Shown here piece after piece: positions 9,337 to 19,601 of a DNA stretch of 64,000 nucleotides (position 1 is its first letter; the number at the start of each line of letters is the position of its first letter). The DNA lies in the NCBI GenBank assembly GCA_963816185.1, contig CAWFJJ010000030.1:128001-192000 (forward strand), in the 5' to 3' direction. A model generated the notes under the pieces. It was not told the DNA's origin. It saw only the letters and a program-made list of their open reading frames with translations, and did not search any database. Source of the DNA: Thermoanaerobaculia bacterium. Lineage in GTDB: Bacteria > Acidobacteriota > Thermoanaerobaculia > UBA5066. The translations under genes and the position numbers were made by a program.

Positions 9337-12080
9337 CTAGCGCAGGGTGACGGTGAGGTTCTTCGACGCGTCCACGTCGAGCGCGAGCGTGCGGCCGTCG
9401 CTGCCGAGAGTGAACGTGCCGACCCTGTACTGGTTGACGCTGCGATCCGTCGCGATGACCCAGGCTTTGAACTCGGCCTGCCCGCTCGGCAGATCGATCT
9501 CGCCGTCGAAGGTCCCGCCGCCCGCCTTGCGGCCGAAGTCGAAGGAGCGCCGGAAGACCTCGACGTCGTTGCGGCGCACCATGACGTAACCCTGCGGGGC
9601 CGGCACCGTCACGGCGATGCGCAGCCGGACCCGAGCCGGCGTTGGCTTCGGAGGCGGCGGGGTCTCGGGCTTCGGCGCCACCGCGACCGGCTCGGGGGCG
9701 GGCGTCGGCACGACGGACGGCTTCGATGAGGACTTCAAAGCGCGAATCTGCGCGGCCGCCTTCCTCTGGGCGGGGCGCCCCTGCTTGGCGACTTCCGCCT
9801 GGGCTTCGGCCTTCAGATCCCGTGCTTCGGCCGAATCGGGGATGAGCGCAAGGATCGTGTCCGCTTCCACGATGACGCGAGCGAAGTTCTTCGCGGCATA
9901 GGCCTCGCGGGCAACCGCGAGGCGTGCCCCGGCTTCGGCGACGCGGCGTTCCTGATCTTCCTTCTTCGCGAGCGCCGCGTCCGCCTTTTCGAGAGCCGCA
10001 CGGGCGGCGAGGGATTCGGGAGCCTGCCGCAGCAGCTCGAGAAAAGCCGCTCGCGCGTCCGCCGGACGCCCCTCGGCCAACGCCCGCGAGCCGTCCGCGA
10101 GAAGCTTCTTCCGTGCGAGCGTGTCCCGTTCGGTCGTTGCGTCGGAGGTCTTGCCCGCGATCGCCCAACTCCGCTGGAGGAGCGCGCCGACGATGACGAG
10201 CGCCACCAGAACGGCCGCGCCGACGATGAGGAACACAAAGCGGCGACTCACCTCGCGCTTGAGAGCCTCGGGTACCTTCGCGCCGAGCGGCTGCCCGTCC
10301 GCGAGGTTCACCGGTCCGGTCGCCGGCGCTCCGGAACGCGGCGGAATCGTCGCGACAGGGCCCGTGATGTCGCGGCCCGGTGGACGCACGGGCGCGCCCG
10401 CGGGGCGGCCCGCAGGCGACCGCGTTGCGGGCACTGCCATGCTCGCCGCGGGACGTAGCGGCTGGATCGGCCCCGTGATGTCCCGTCCGGCCTTGGCGAT
10501 ACGGGGAACGCCGCTCGGCGGCGTCACGGGCGGAGCGGGCGCGCGGCGCGCGGCGCCTGGGTCCGGGCGGGCGGGGCGGGTACGGCCGTGACCGCTGGAG
10601 GCGGCCCCGGAGGAGTGCTCTCCCGAACGACGTCCCTCGCCGGAACCTCGGCTGCCGGGGACCCCACGGGCGGGCGAATCATCTGGATTCTCTCGGTCTT
10701 TTGCGAGAGCGGGTCGTTCGCCGGCAGCACCGGCTCAGGCGGACGCTCCGGCACCTTGATGCGTCCGCTGTCCCGCTCCGTCGCCGGCTTGACGCCGCGC
10801 TTTACGTCCGAGACGAGCGTCCCGGGAGACGACGGCGGAGGCTCGTGAGGAGCAGAGACTTCGTCCCGCGCATTCACCGAATTTCTCTTCAACGAATCCG
10901 TGTCCAGACTCCAGTCGGGAATCGAAGTCTCCTTGCTGAGCGAGCGCGGAGGAAGGGCGGCCAACGAGGGGTCGAGATCGCTCCGACCACGTCGGGCGAG
11001 GTCCTCGAGAGTCGTGGTACCGCCGCCGAGCGGCCCGAACGCCCCTCCGAGGCGCGGCGCCGGCGGCGCAGGCGCAGGAAACTTCTCGGGGGCCGCCGTG
11101 AGGCTCTCCTTGGATTCGACGGCCGAGACGGGGCCGAGCCGCTCGGCCTGCGCCACCATCTCGCCCAGGTCTTTCAGCATCTCCATCTCGGCGTGGCGGG
11201 CGCGAAACTCGGAGAGGGCTCGCACAAAATCCCTTCCGCTCTGGAAACGCGCCGCCGGATCCTTCGCAAGCGCCTGCGCGAGGATCGGGTTGAACTCGAC
11301 CGGGATCGCCGCGTCATATGTTTGCGGGGACGGATACTCCTCGTGGACGATCTTGTAGGAGATCGACGTGAGGTTGTCGCCGGCGAACGGCTTTTTCTTC
11401 GTGAGCAGCTCGTACAGGACCACGCCGAGCGAGAACAGGTCGCTGCGCCCGTCGACGATCTCGGCCGTCACCTGTTCGGGCGACATGTAGTTCGGCGTGC
11501 CCAGAAACTGTCCGGTCGCCGTGAGACTCGAGCTTTCCATCTTCGCGATTCCGAAGTCCGTGATTTTCACGGTGCCGTCGGTCGTCAGGATGATGTTCGC
11601 GGGCTTCACGTCGCGGTGCACGATGCCGCGCCGGTGGGCGTAGTCGAGGGCTTCTCCGACGGAGATCACGATCTCGGCGATCCGGTCGTACGAAAAAGAC
11701 ACCTTGTCCTTCAGAAGCTGCTTGAGGTTCTTGCCCTCGACGTACTCCATCGCGATGAAGGACGTCCCGGTCTCGACGTCCTCGCCGACGTCGTGGATCG
11801 TGACGATATTCGGATGGGAGAGCGTGCCGGCCGCCTGCGCTTCGCGGAGGAAACGCTCCGTGAACTCCCTCGTATCCGAATCGTCCTCGCCGTTGGCCCG
11901 GATCGTCTTCAGCGCGACACGGCGGCCGATGACCGGGTCGCGTCCGAGGAAGACGACTCCCATCGCGCCTTTTCCCAGCTCGCGTTCCACCTCGTAGCGC
12001 GCGAATTTTCTGGGCAGGCTGGACGGTCCCGGTTCGGGCGGCAGACGACCTCCGTGTCTGCGTACGGTCACGCAGACCAT
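9337..12080 (-). CDS. Membrane Hanks-type Ser/Thr kinase with Pro-rich linker, TM and TPR-like ectodomain; split near 10560
   Basis: LGKGAMGVV, VALK, HRDVKPAN, DFG and GTPNYMSPEQ in ORF 10524-12161. The Pro-rich linker continues in ORF 9337-10527, which carries the TM and a helical domain. Confidence 0.8.
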
Positions 12081-12256
12081 CCGGGGGAATACCCGGAATC
12101 CCGAAATTCTAGCAGCCGCGGTCGGGGCCGCGCGGAGAGCCGCGCAATTGCCGTGTCCCATTCCTGCGCACTCCTGCGTTGGCGAAAAGAACCGCCGCGC
12201 CCGGAACCCCAGCGCCTATAATCCCCGCCCCGAACCGAAACTCCGGAGGGCCCCGA

Positions 12257-14347
12257 ATGAAGGTCTACCCCGCTTCCGCCATCCACAACGTCGCCGTCGT
12301 CGGCCACAATGGCGTCGGCAAGACGACGCTCGTTTCCGCCCTCTTGCACGAAGCCGGCGCAACGCCGCGCTTCGGGCGTGTGGAGGACGGCAATGCTCCG
12401 ACCGACTTCGATCCGGAGGAGATCGAGAGGAAGATCTCGATTTCGCTCGCCGTCGCGTCGCTCGAGTGGAAGAAGAAGAAGGTCAACCTCATCGACACGC
12501 CCGGTTACGGGATTTTCGTCTCCGAGATGATCTGCGGCTTGAAGGCGGCGGACGCCGCGCTCCTCGTCGTGGACGCCGTCGCCGGGGTCGAGGTTCAGAC
12601 GGAGAAAGCCTGGAAGGTCTGCGACGAGCTCGGCCTGCCCCGGCTCCTGATCGTGAACCGGATGGACCGCGAGAATGCGGACGGCGGCCGCGTGATGGAG
12701 CAGGTTTCCCGCAAGTTCGGCCGCACGTGCGTGTGCCTCGAGGCCCCCATCGGACGTGAGAAGGCCTTTCGCGGCGTGATCGACCTCGTGGCCATGGAGG
12801 GCTACCTGACCGATTCCACCGGCAAGACGGCGCCGGGCCCCATCCCCGAGGAGTTCACGAAGGATGCCGCAACCCTTCACGAGTCGCTCGTCGAGATGGT
12901 CGCGGAAGGCGACGACAAGCTCATGGAGATGTTCTTCGCCCAGGGGAACCTCTCCGAGGAGCAGATGAAGCCTGCCCTCACAAAGGCGATCCGCGACCGC
13001 AAGATCACGCCGGTCCTGTTCGCCGCGAGCGGCGACCACGAGACGGGCGTCGAGAAGCTTCTCGACGAGATCGTGGATCTGCTCCCGACGGCCGACTCCT
13101 TCCAGACCGTCGCAAAGAACAAGGCCGGGCAAAGCGAAGCGCTCGCAGCCGACGCGGCCGGTCCCGCGGCCGCGTTCGTCTTCAAGACGGTTTCCGACCC
13201 GTATTCCGGGCGCCTGACGCTCTTTCGAGTCGTCTCGGGCACGTTCAAGAGCGACGGCACGTACTGGAACGCCTCGCGCGAGACGGCCGAGCGCTTCGGT
13301 CCCGTCTTCTCGCCGATTGGCAAGACGATGCAGACGATTCCCGAGATTCCCGCCGGTGACATCGGGGGCGTCGCCAAGCTCAAGGAGACGCTCACGGGCG
13401 ATTCCATCTCCGCGAAGGAAAAGCCTTTCGTCTTCGCTCCGCCCTCCATTCCGGAGCCCGCGATCGCCTTCGCGATCGAGCCGAAGTCCAAGGGCGACGA
13501 GGACAAGATCTCGGCTGCGCTCCACAAGCTCATCGAGGAGGACCCGTCCCTTCACTTCTCGCGGGACGCCGACACGCACGAATTCCTGCTGGCGGGTGCG
13601 GGGCAGCTGCACGTCGAGATCGCGGTCGCACGCATGAAGAGGAAAAGCGGCGTCGAAGTCATCCTCCACCCGCCGAAAGTCCCGTACCGCGAGACGATCA
13701 CGCGGCCCGCAGAGGGGCACGGCCGCCACAAGAAGCAGACGGGTGGCCACGGCCAGTTCGCCGACTGCAAGATCCGCATCAAGCCCCTCGCCCGCGGTGA
13801 GGACTTCGAGTTCGTCGACGACCTCTACGGCGGCTCGATCCCGCGCAACTACGTGCCCGCGGTGGAGAAAGGCATTCAGGACGTCCGCAAGCGCGGCTTC
13901 CTCGCCGGATTCCCGATGGTGGACTTCCGGGTCGAGCTGTACGACGGCCAGTACCACGATGTCGACTCATCGGAGCTGGCGTTCAAGATCGCGGGATCTC
14001 TGGCCTACAAGGACGCCATGGAGAAGGCGAAGCCGACCATCCTCGAGCCGATCATGAAGGTCGCGATCCGGGCTCCGCAGGAGTACATGGGCGACCTGAT
14101 GGGCGACCTCACGTCGCGCCGCGGCCGGCCGGCGGGTATGGACCAGGAGGGCGACGACTCGATCATCCGTGCCGAGGCGCCGCTCGCGGAGATGATCTCG
14201 TACGGATCCATCCTGCGCGCCATCACCCAGGGGCGGGGCTCGTTCCACATGGAGATGGACCACTACGAAGAGGTCCCGCGCCCCCTCCAGGAGAAGCTCA
14301 TCGCCGAGCACGCCAAGCACCGGAAGGTGGAGGTCGTCGAGGAGTAG
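12257..14347 (+). CDS. fusA: Elongation factor G paralogue (EF-G2 type)
   Basis: GHNGVGKT, DTPGY, NRMD, KKQTGGHGQFA and YHDVDSSE. Stand-alone, outside the str operon, with GGAGG RBS. Confidence 0.92.
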   Translation: MKVYPASAIHNVAVVGHNGVGKTTLVSALLHEAGATPRFGRVEDGNAPTDFDPEEIERKISISLAVASLEWKKKKVNLIDTPGYGIFVSEMICGLKAADAALLVVDAVAGVEVQTEKAWKVCDELGLPRLLIVNRMDRENADGGRVMEQVSRKFGRTCVCLEAPIGREKAFRGVIDLVAMEGYLTDSTGKTAPGPIPEEFTKDAATLHESLVEMVAEGDDKLMEMFFAQGNLSEEQMKPALTKAIRDRKITPVLFAASGDHETGVEKLLDEIVDLLPTADSFQTVAKNKAGQSEALAADAAGPAAAFVFKTVSDPYSGRLTLFRVVSGTFKSDGTYWNASRETAERFGPVFSPIGKTMQTIPEIPAGDIGGVAKLKETLTGDSISAKEKPFVFAPPSIPEPAIAFAIEPKSKGDEDKISAALHKLIEEDPSLHFSRDADTHEFLLAGAGQLHVEIAVARMKRKSGVEVILHPPKVPYRETITRPAEGHGRHKKQTGGHGQFADCKIRIKPLARGEDFEFVDDLYGGSIPRNYVPAVEKGIQDVRKRGFLAGFPMVDFRVELYDGQYHDVDSSELAFKIAGSLAYKDAMEKAKPTILEPIMKVAIRAPQEYMGDLMGDLTSRRGRPAGMDQEGDDSIIRAEAPLAEMISYGSILRAITQGRGSFHMEMDHYEEVPRPLQEKLIAEHAKHRKVEVVEE

Positions 14348-14367
14348 ACGCCGTCGACCGGGGACGC

Positions 14368-14763
14368 TCAGCGGAGACGGGTGATACCGGGGTATCCGTC
14401 GAATCCCCCGTCGAAGGTCAGGATCTCGCGCACGCCCTGCTCCTCCATGACCGCGAGATGCAGGGCGTCGCGGGCCGACAACTTTCGTCGCGCCAGTACG
14501 ATCTCCTTGGCGCGGAGGAGTGACGACGACTGCACTGGAAATACCTCGTCGACCACTCCGAAGAGACAATCGAAAGCCGGCTGGATCATGTCTCGGCGGT
14601 CGATTGATACATATCGATGAAGAATTTCTTGCAGGACTTCGACGTCCGACACGAGGCGTTTCCTCTCGGCGATTAGGCCTTCGACGATGCGCTGAGCGTC
14701 CACCTTGTGGGGATGAGATGCCCCGACGAGATACATCGGAATGTTCGAATCGACGAAGATCAC
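14368..14763 (-). CDS. vapC: PIN-domain toxin
   Basis: VIFVDSNIPMY...EVLQEILHRY...ARDALHLAVM...ILTFDGGFD. Confidence 0.9.
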   Translation of the reverse strand: MIFVDSNIPMYLVGASHPHKVDAQRIVEGLIAERKRLVSDVEVLQEILHRYVSIDRRDMIQPAFDCLFGVVDEVFPVQSSSLLRAKEIVLARRKLSARDALHLAVMEEQGVREILTFDGGFDGYPGITRLR

Positions 14764-15011
14764 TCGCCCGATCCGTAACCCTTTTCGATCTCGGCAAGCA
14801 TCTGCTCGATGTCGCCGGTCGGGCCCTGGTGTCGCACGGCGCGGCGCACCGCTGCGATCTTGTCGGCAACGTCTCCGAGAGGCTCCTTCCGCCGCGCCTC
14901 GCGCAATGCTCCGCGTACCCACTCCGCGACCGTCATGCGCTTCGCGCGCGCGGCGCGCTGGATTTCGCGGATTTCAGGTTCGTCAAGAAGGACCTGAAGG
15001 CGCTTACTCAT
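14760..15011 (-). CDS. vapB: Ribbon-helix-helix antitoxin
   Basis: MSKRLQVLLDEPE...MTVAEWVRGAL. Overlaps the vapC start. Palindrome CTCAT-aggc-ATGAG at 15007-15020. Confidence 0.85.
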   Translation of the reverse strand: MSKRLQVLLDEPEIREIQRAARAKRMTVAEWVRGALREARRKEPLGDVADKIAAVRRAVRHQGPTGDIEQMLAEIEKGYGSGE

Positions 15012-15161
15012 AGGCATGAGTCTATCAGACTTGCATAGCGACTCACCGCCAGGCCGACGTGACCTTGTTCCGGCTGGACGGCGGCTGGTGTTTTGCACTG
15101 ATCTTCCCGCATCATGGCGGTAGGTGGCCCCGAGGGAGGACGTTTAGGAAGAGGGCCGCCT

Positions 15162-16493
15162 ATGCCAGTTCTGGAGACGACCGCCGAAGAAGAGATCCTC
15201 GGAGGATTGATGAAGGACGATTCGAGCCGGGCCAGAGCGCTCGTCTCTTCCGCTCCTGCCCTCGAAGCCCTTTGGAGCCAGCATTTCGCTCAGCGGATGC
15301 AGCGCATCAGGGCCTCGGTGATCCGTGAGCTCCTCAAGCTGACGGAAAAGCCGGATATCATCTCCTTCGGCGGTGGGCTGCCCGCACCCGAGGTCTTCCC
15401 CGTAGAGGAGATCCGCGCAGCCACGGACCGCGTCCTCACGCAGCACGGCACGATGGCGCTCCAGTACACGACGACCGAGGGCTATCGGCCTCTGCGCGAG
15501 CTGCTCATCCACCACATGGCGCGCTATGGAGTCGTCGTGCGCCCAGAGAACGTGCTCATCACGTCCGGCTCGCAGCAGGCGCTCGACCTCGTGGGCAAGC
15601 TCCTCATCAATCCTGGGGACCAGGTGCTCACCGAGGCGCCGACCTACCTCGGCGCGCTCCAGGCTTTCAACGCGTATCAGGCCGACTACCTCCCCGTGCC
15701 GATCGACGACGACGGCCTCGACCTCGACGTCCTCGAGAGACAGCTGCGCGCCGGTCCGAAGTTCCTGTACGTGCTGCCGAACTTCCAGAACCCCGGGGGG
15801 GTCACCCTCAGCCTCGACCGCCGCCGGCGAGTCGTCGAGCGGGCGGCTCACTACGGCATCCCGATCATCGAGGACGACCCCTACGGGCAGCTCCGATACG
15901 AGGGCGAGCACCTTCCACCCCTCGTCAAGATCGACGCCGAGCTCCGCGGCTGCGCGGACGGCGGGCGGGCGTTCGCGGGCAATGTGCTCTACATGTCGAC
16001 GCTCTCCAAGACCCTCGCGCCCGGACTGAGAATCGGCTGGGTCGTGGCGCCCGAAGCCGTCATCACGAAGCTCGTTCAGATCAAACAGGGCGCGGACCTC
16101 CACTCCTCGACCTTCTGCCAGTACGTGGCCTACGAAGTCGCGAGAGGCGGCTTCCTCGATCAGCACGTGCGCCGCATTCGCGCGGTCTACGGGGAGCGTC
16201 GGGAGGCCATGCTGTCCTCGCTCGCGCGGCATTTCCCGCACGGCGCCCGCTGGACGCGCCCGCAGGGAGGCCTGTTCCTTTGGGCCACGCTGCCGAAAGG
16301 CCTCGACACGACGGCTCTTCTCGAGGACGCGATCCGCGAGAAGGTCGCCTTCGTCCCGGGCGCGGCTTTCTACCCCTGCGGCGGAGGCGAGGAGACGATG
16401 CGCCTGAACTTCTCGTACGCGCCGCCGGACGTGATCGAGGAGGGGATCCGTCGGCTTTCGCAGGTCATCAAGGGAAAGACAAAGATTTCTTAG
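15162..16493 (+). CDS. PLP-dependent class I aminotransferase (2-aminoadipate transaminase-like)
   Basis: ISFGGGLP, NFQNPGG, EDDPYG, SKTLAPGLRIGW and MRLNFS. Confidence 0.92.
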   Translation: MPVLETTAEEEILGGLMKDDSSRARALVSSAPALEALWSQHFAQRMQRIRASVIRELLKLTEKPDIISFGGGLPAPEVFPVEEIRAATDRVLTQHGTMALQYTTTEGYRPLRELLIHHMARYGVVVRPENVLITSGSQQALDLVGKLLINPGDQVLTEAPTYLGALQAFNAYQADYLPVPIDDDGLDLDVLERQLRAGPKFLYVLPNFQNPGGVTLSLDRRRRVVERAAHYGIPIIEDDPYGQLRYEGEHLPPLVKIDAELRGCADGGRAFAGNVLYMSTLSKTLAPGLRIGWVVAPEAVITKLVQIKQGADLHSSTFCQYVAYEVARGGFLDQHVRRIRAVYGERREAMLSSLARHFPHGARWTRPQGGLFLWATLPKGLDTTALLEDAIREKVAFVPGAAFYPCGGGEETMRLNFSYAPPDVIEEGIRRLSQVIKGKTKIS

Positions 16494-16574
16494 AAAGGGT
16501 CATGAACGGGTCGCCGCTGCGGTGCGCCGACGGCTGTTGTTCGGCCACGACCCCACTCACCCTTCTAAGAAATC
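16484..16574. repeat. Bipartite inverted-arm element, copy E1
   Basis: GATTTCTTAGAAAGGGT ... ACCCTTCTAAGAAATC. The left arm supplies the aminotransferase TAG. Confidence 0.8.
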
Positions 16575-16611
16575 CCCGGTTCCCTCTCTCTTTCTAGATC
16601 TCTCCCCGTCC

Positions 16612-17391
16612 TTACGCCCCGTGGATTCCCTGCTCCGAGCTCGCGATGAAGTCGCGGAGGAGCTTCACGTCCTCGGACGTCGCGCCGAGCGCATCGAGCC
16701 CTGCCAGGAGGGCGGCCTTGTCGTGGCGGTGCTTGTGGAGAACGCGGTAGGCCTTCTGCAGAGCGGCCACGCGCTCTTTCGAGAACCCCTTCCGCGCGAG
16801 CCCTACGCTGTTCACCTTCCACGCCCTCACGTCGCGATCCGACGAAGTCCAGAGAAACGGCAGGACGTCGTGGTTCAGCCCGGCGAACGCCCCGACGAAG
16901 GCGTGCGGGCCGATCCTCAGGAACTGCCGGACACCGGCGAAGGCCCCGAGGATGACGTCGTCCCCGACGGCACAGTGACCTGCGAGCGAGGCGCCGTTCG
17001 CGAAGACCGTCCGGTTTCCGACGACGCAGTCGTGAGCCACGTGCGAATACGCCATGAACAGGTTGTCGTCCCCGATGATCGTGGTGCCGTGCCCGGTCAT
17101 CGTCCCGCGGTGAACCGTGCAGAACTCCCGAAACGTGTTGCGGTTGCCGATCGTCAGGGTCGTTGGCTCGCCTTTGTACTTGAGGTCTTGCGGGGGGCCT
17201 CCGAGAGCGGCCAGCGCGGCCACGCGGTTATCCTCTCCGAGCGTCGTCGGTCCTTCGATCACGGCGTGTGCTCCTACGGTCGTGCGCGCGCCGATCGTGA
17301 CGCGCGCGCCCACGATCGCGTAGGGGCCGATCTGAGCGGATTCGTGGACGGAAGCCGACGGGTCGACGATCGCGGTGACGTGTGTGGCCAT
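16612..17391 (-). CDS. lpxA: UDP-N-acetylglucosamine O-acyltransferase
   Basis: Hexapeptide repeats, PQDLKYKGE, HRGT and HVAHDC. Confidence 0.96.
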   Translation of the reverse strand: MATHVTAIVDPSASVHESAQIGPYAIVGARVTIGARTTVGAHAVIEGPTTLGEDNRVAALAALGGPPQDLKYKGEPTTLTIGNRNTFREFCTVHRGTMTGHGTTIIGDDNLFMAYSHVAHDCVVGNRTVFANGASLAGHCAVGDDVILGAFAGVRQFLRIGPHAFVGAFAGLNHDVLPFLWTSSDRDVRAWKVNSVGLARKGFSKERVAALQKAYRVLHKHRHDKAALLAGLDALGATSEDVKLLRDFIASSEQGIHGA

Positions 17392-17870
17392 CAGCGTCTC
17401 GCCGCCGGGATCCTGACGAGACTGCTCATGAACTCGCCCTCCGCGCACAGAGCGCCCTCGACGCGGGCTTCCGCCTTCATGCGCACCATGTTGGAGCGGA
17501 CCTGAACGATCTCGGCGTCGACGATGAGCTGGTCGCCCGGGAAGACCGGTCGCCTGAAGCGCGCCTTGTCGACGCCCGAGAGGTACATCAGGGTCTTCTC
17601 CGGCTCGTCCACGCCCGTGAAGAAGAGGCAGCCGCCGACTTGAGCCATGCACTCGAGGATGAGAACGCCTGGCATGACGGGATTCCCGGGAAAATGTCCC
17701 TGGAAGTACGGCTCGTTGACGGAGACGTTCTTGAGGCCCGTGACTTTCGAGCCTGGGACCACGGGACCTTCGCTGATGGAGACGATGCGGTCCACGAGCA
17801 GGAAGGGATAGCGGTGCGGCAGGAGCCGCATGATCTCCAGGATGTTCCTCCCCGTGTTCGATGCGCTCAT
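17391..17870 (-). CDS. fabZ: 3-hydroxyacyl-ACP dehydratase
   Basis: LPHRYPFLLVDRI and FQGHFPGNPVMPGVLILECMAQ. Confidence 0.97.
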   Translation of the reverse strand: MSASNTGRNILEIMRLLPHRYPFLLVDRIVSISEGPVVPGSKVTGLKNVSVNEPYFQGHFPGNPVMPGVLILECMAQVGGCLFFTGVDEPEKTLMYLSGVDKARFRRPVFPGDQLIVDAEIVQVRSNMVRMKAEARVEGALCAEGEFMSSLVRIPAARR

Positions 17871-18898
17871 TCCCCTGCTCCCTTGAGGAGACCCGCTTTC
17901 CGGGCGAGGCTGCGGACGAGACGCGCCGTCTCCGGCAGCCGGCGGAACTCGACGTGCGATTTCTGATAGGCGCGGTACGCGAAGGCGGGCGTCCCGTGGA
18001 GCGCTTCGCCATCCGGCACGTCCGCGCCGATGCCGCTCTGAGCCTGCGCTTTCACGCCGTTTCCGACCGCAATGTGGCCGGCGACGCCCACCTGCCCGCC
18101 GAGAACGACGCCATCTCCGACGACGGCCGAGCCGGCCACACCCACCTGCGCGCAGAGGACGTCGTGACGGCCGATGCGCACGTTGTGGCCCAGCATGACG
18201 AGGTCGTCGATCTTCGTGCCGGCGCCGACGGACGTGGTCTCGAGGGCTGCGCGGTCGATGCATGTGTTCGCGCCGACCTCGACGTCGTCGCCGATCGTGA
18301 CGCCGCCGACCTGAGGAATCTTCACGAGGCCCTTCTCCGTCGTCGCATAGCCGAACCCGTCCCCGCCGAGGATGGCGCCACTGTGGATCTCGACACGCTC
18401 CCCCAGAACAACGTCGTCGTACAGAACGACGTGGGGATGCAGCCACGAGCCCGCGCCCACCCGGCATCGGGCCCCGATGACTGCGTGAGCGCCTAAGATC
18501 GTGTTCGCCTCGATGCGCGAGTGGTCTCCGACGACGGCATAAGGACCGACCTCCGCGGACGGGTCGACGAGCGCGCCCGCATCGATCACGGCGGTCGCGT
18601 GAATGCCGGGCCGCGGAATCCGCGCCGGGTGAAAAAGGCGCAGCACGGGAATGAGAGCCGCGGACGGATCCGGAACTTCGATGACCGTCCGGCCGAGGAA
18701 GGCGGACGCCGACCGCGCCAGCAACGCGCCCGCCGCGGAGGCGGCCGCGCGCGGCAGGGCCCGTTCCTCGTTCACGAACGAGAGCGCGTCTTCGCCCGCG
18801 CCCTCGAGGGAGCGCACGCCGGAGAGTCTCCGTTCCCCATCGCCGACGACGCGTCCGCCGCAGGCGGCGGCCACTTCGGCGACGGAGAAGGACGCCAC
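17867..18898 (-). CDS. lpxD: UDP-3-O-acylglucosamine N-acyltransferase
   Basis: GGDGFGY, KIPQVG, IDRAAL and KIDDLVMLGHNV. Confidence 0.96.
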   Translation of the reverse strand: MASFSVAEVAAACGGRVVGDGERRLSGVRSLEGAGEDALSFVNEERALPRAAASAAGALLARSASAFLGRTVIEVPDPSAALIPVLRLFHPARIPRPGIHATAVIDAGALVDPSAEVGPYAVVGDHSRIEANTILGAHAVIGARCRVGAGSWLHPHVVLYDDVVLGERVEIHSGAILGGDGFGYATTEKGLVKIPQVGGVTIGDDVEVGANTCIDRAALETTSVGAGTKIDDLVMLGHNVRIGRHDVLCAQVGVAGSAVVGDGVVLGGQVGVAGHIAVGNGVKAQAQSGIGADVPDGEALHGTPAFAYRAYQKSHVEFRRLPETARLVRSLARKAGLLKGAGE

Positions 18899-18906
18899 GA
18901 CGGACG

Positions 18907-19524
18907 TTACTTCTTCGGGGCTGCCGGGGCCGCGGGCTTCGGCGCGGCGGCGGGCTTCGCCGTCGCGGGTGCGGGCGGCGCCGCGATCTGCGAGTTGAAC
19001 TTCGTGATGACGGCCTCCGTCAGGTCGACGGTCTTGTCGTCGGCGAAGAGCAGCCCGGAGTTGAACTTGTTGAAGACGAGGGCGTAACCCTGCTCGCGCG
19101 CGACCTCGTTGATGATGGGCATGATCCGCTTCTCGAGCTCGCCGAGCTCCTTGCGCTGCGATTCCTCGAGCTCGCGTTGCGCGTCGTCTTGGAAGCGCTT
19201 CAGATCGAGCGCTTTCGTCTGATACTCCTTCTGGAGCTTCTCCATCGCGTCCTCGGACAGGGACTTACCCTGGTCCTGAATCTTCTGCTCCATGTCCCGC
19301 AGCTCTTTCTGGCGCTTCTGCAGGTCTTCCTGCTTGGCCTGCTGGACCTTCTGGACGCGGGCCAGGCTTTCCTTGCCGATGGCAGATTCCTGGACGATCT
19401 TCTGGACCTCGATCACGCCGATCTTTCCGCCGGGCGTGTTCGCGGAGGGGGCTTGCGCGGAGGCGCCGCCGGCGAAAACTCCGAGGGCGAGGGCGCCGGC
19501 CGCGAGGGTGACGATGCGATTCAT
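18907..19524 (-). CDS. skp: OmpH/Skp periplasmic chaperone
   Basis: Signal peptide, KIGVIEVQKI, coiled coil and DLTEAVI. Lies between bamA and lpxD. Confidence 0.92.
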   Translation of the reverse strand: MNRIVTLAAGALALGVFAGGASAQAPSANTPGGKIGVIEVQKIVQESAIGKESLARVQKVQQAKQEDLQKRQKELRDMEQKIQDQGKSLSEDAMEKLQKEYQTKALDLKRFQDDAQRELEESQRKELGELEKRIMPIINEVAREQGYALVFNKFNSGLLFADDKTVDLTEAVITKFNSQIAAPPAPATAKPAAAPKPAAPAAPKK

Positions 19525-19601
19525 GGATGGAACTCCTTCGTTGGTTTTGGCCCCGGGTGAGGACGCCGAGTCCACGGAAACGGGGATCATACTGGAAATG
19601 G

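Noticed and set aside
7619-10168. 849-aa ORF, and similarly extended ORFs 40627-42972, 55031-57370 and 4409-5905
   Set aside because: The N-terminal extensions are shadow frames over neighbouring genes or tRNAs. Real starts lie downstream.
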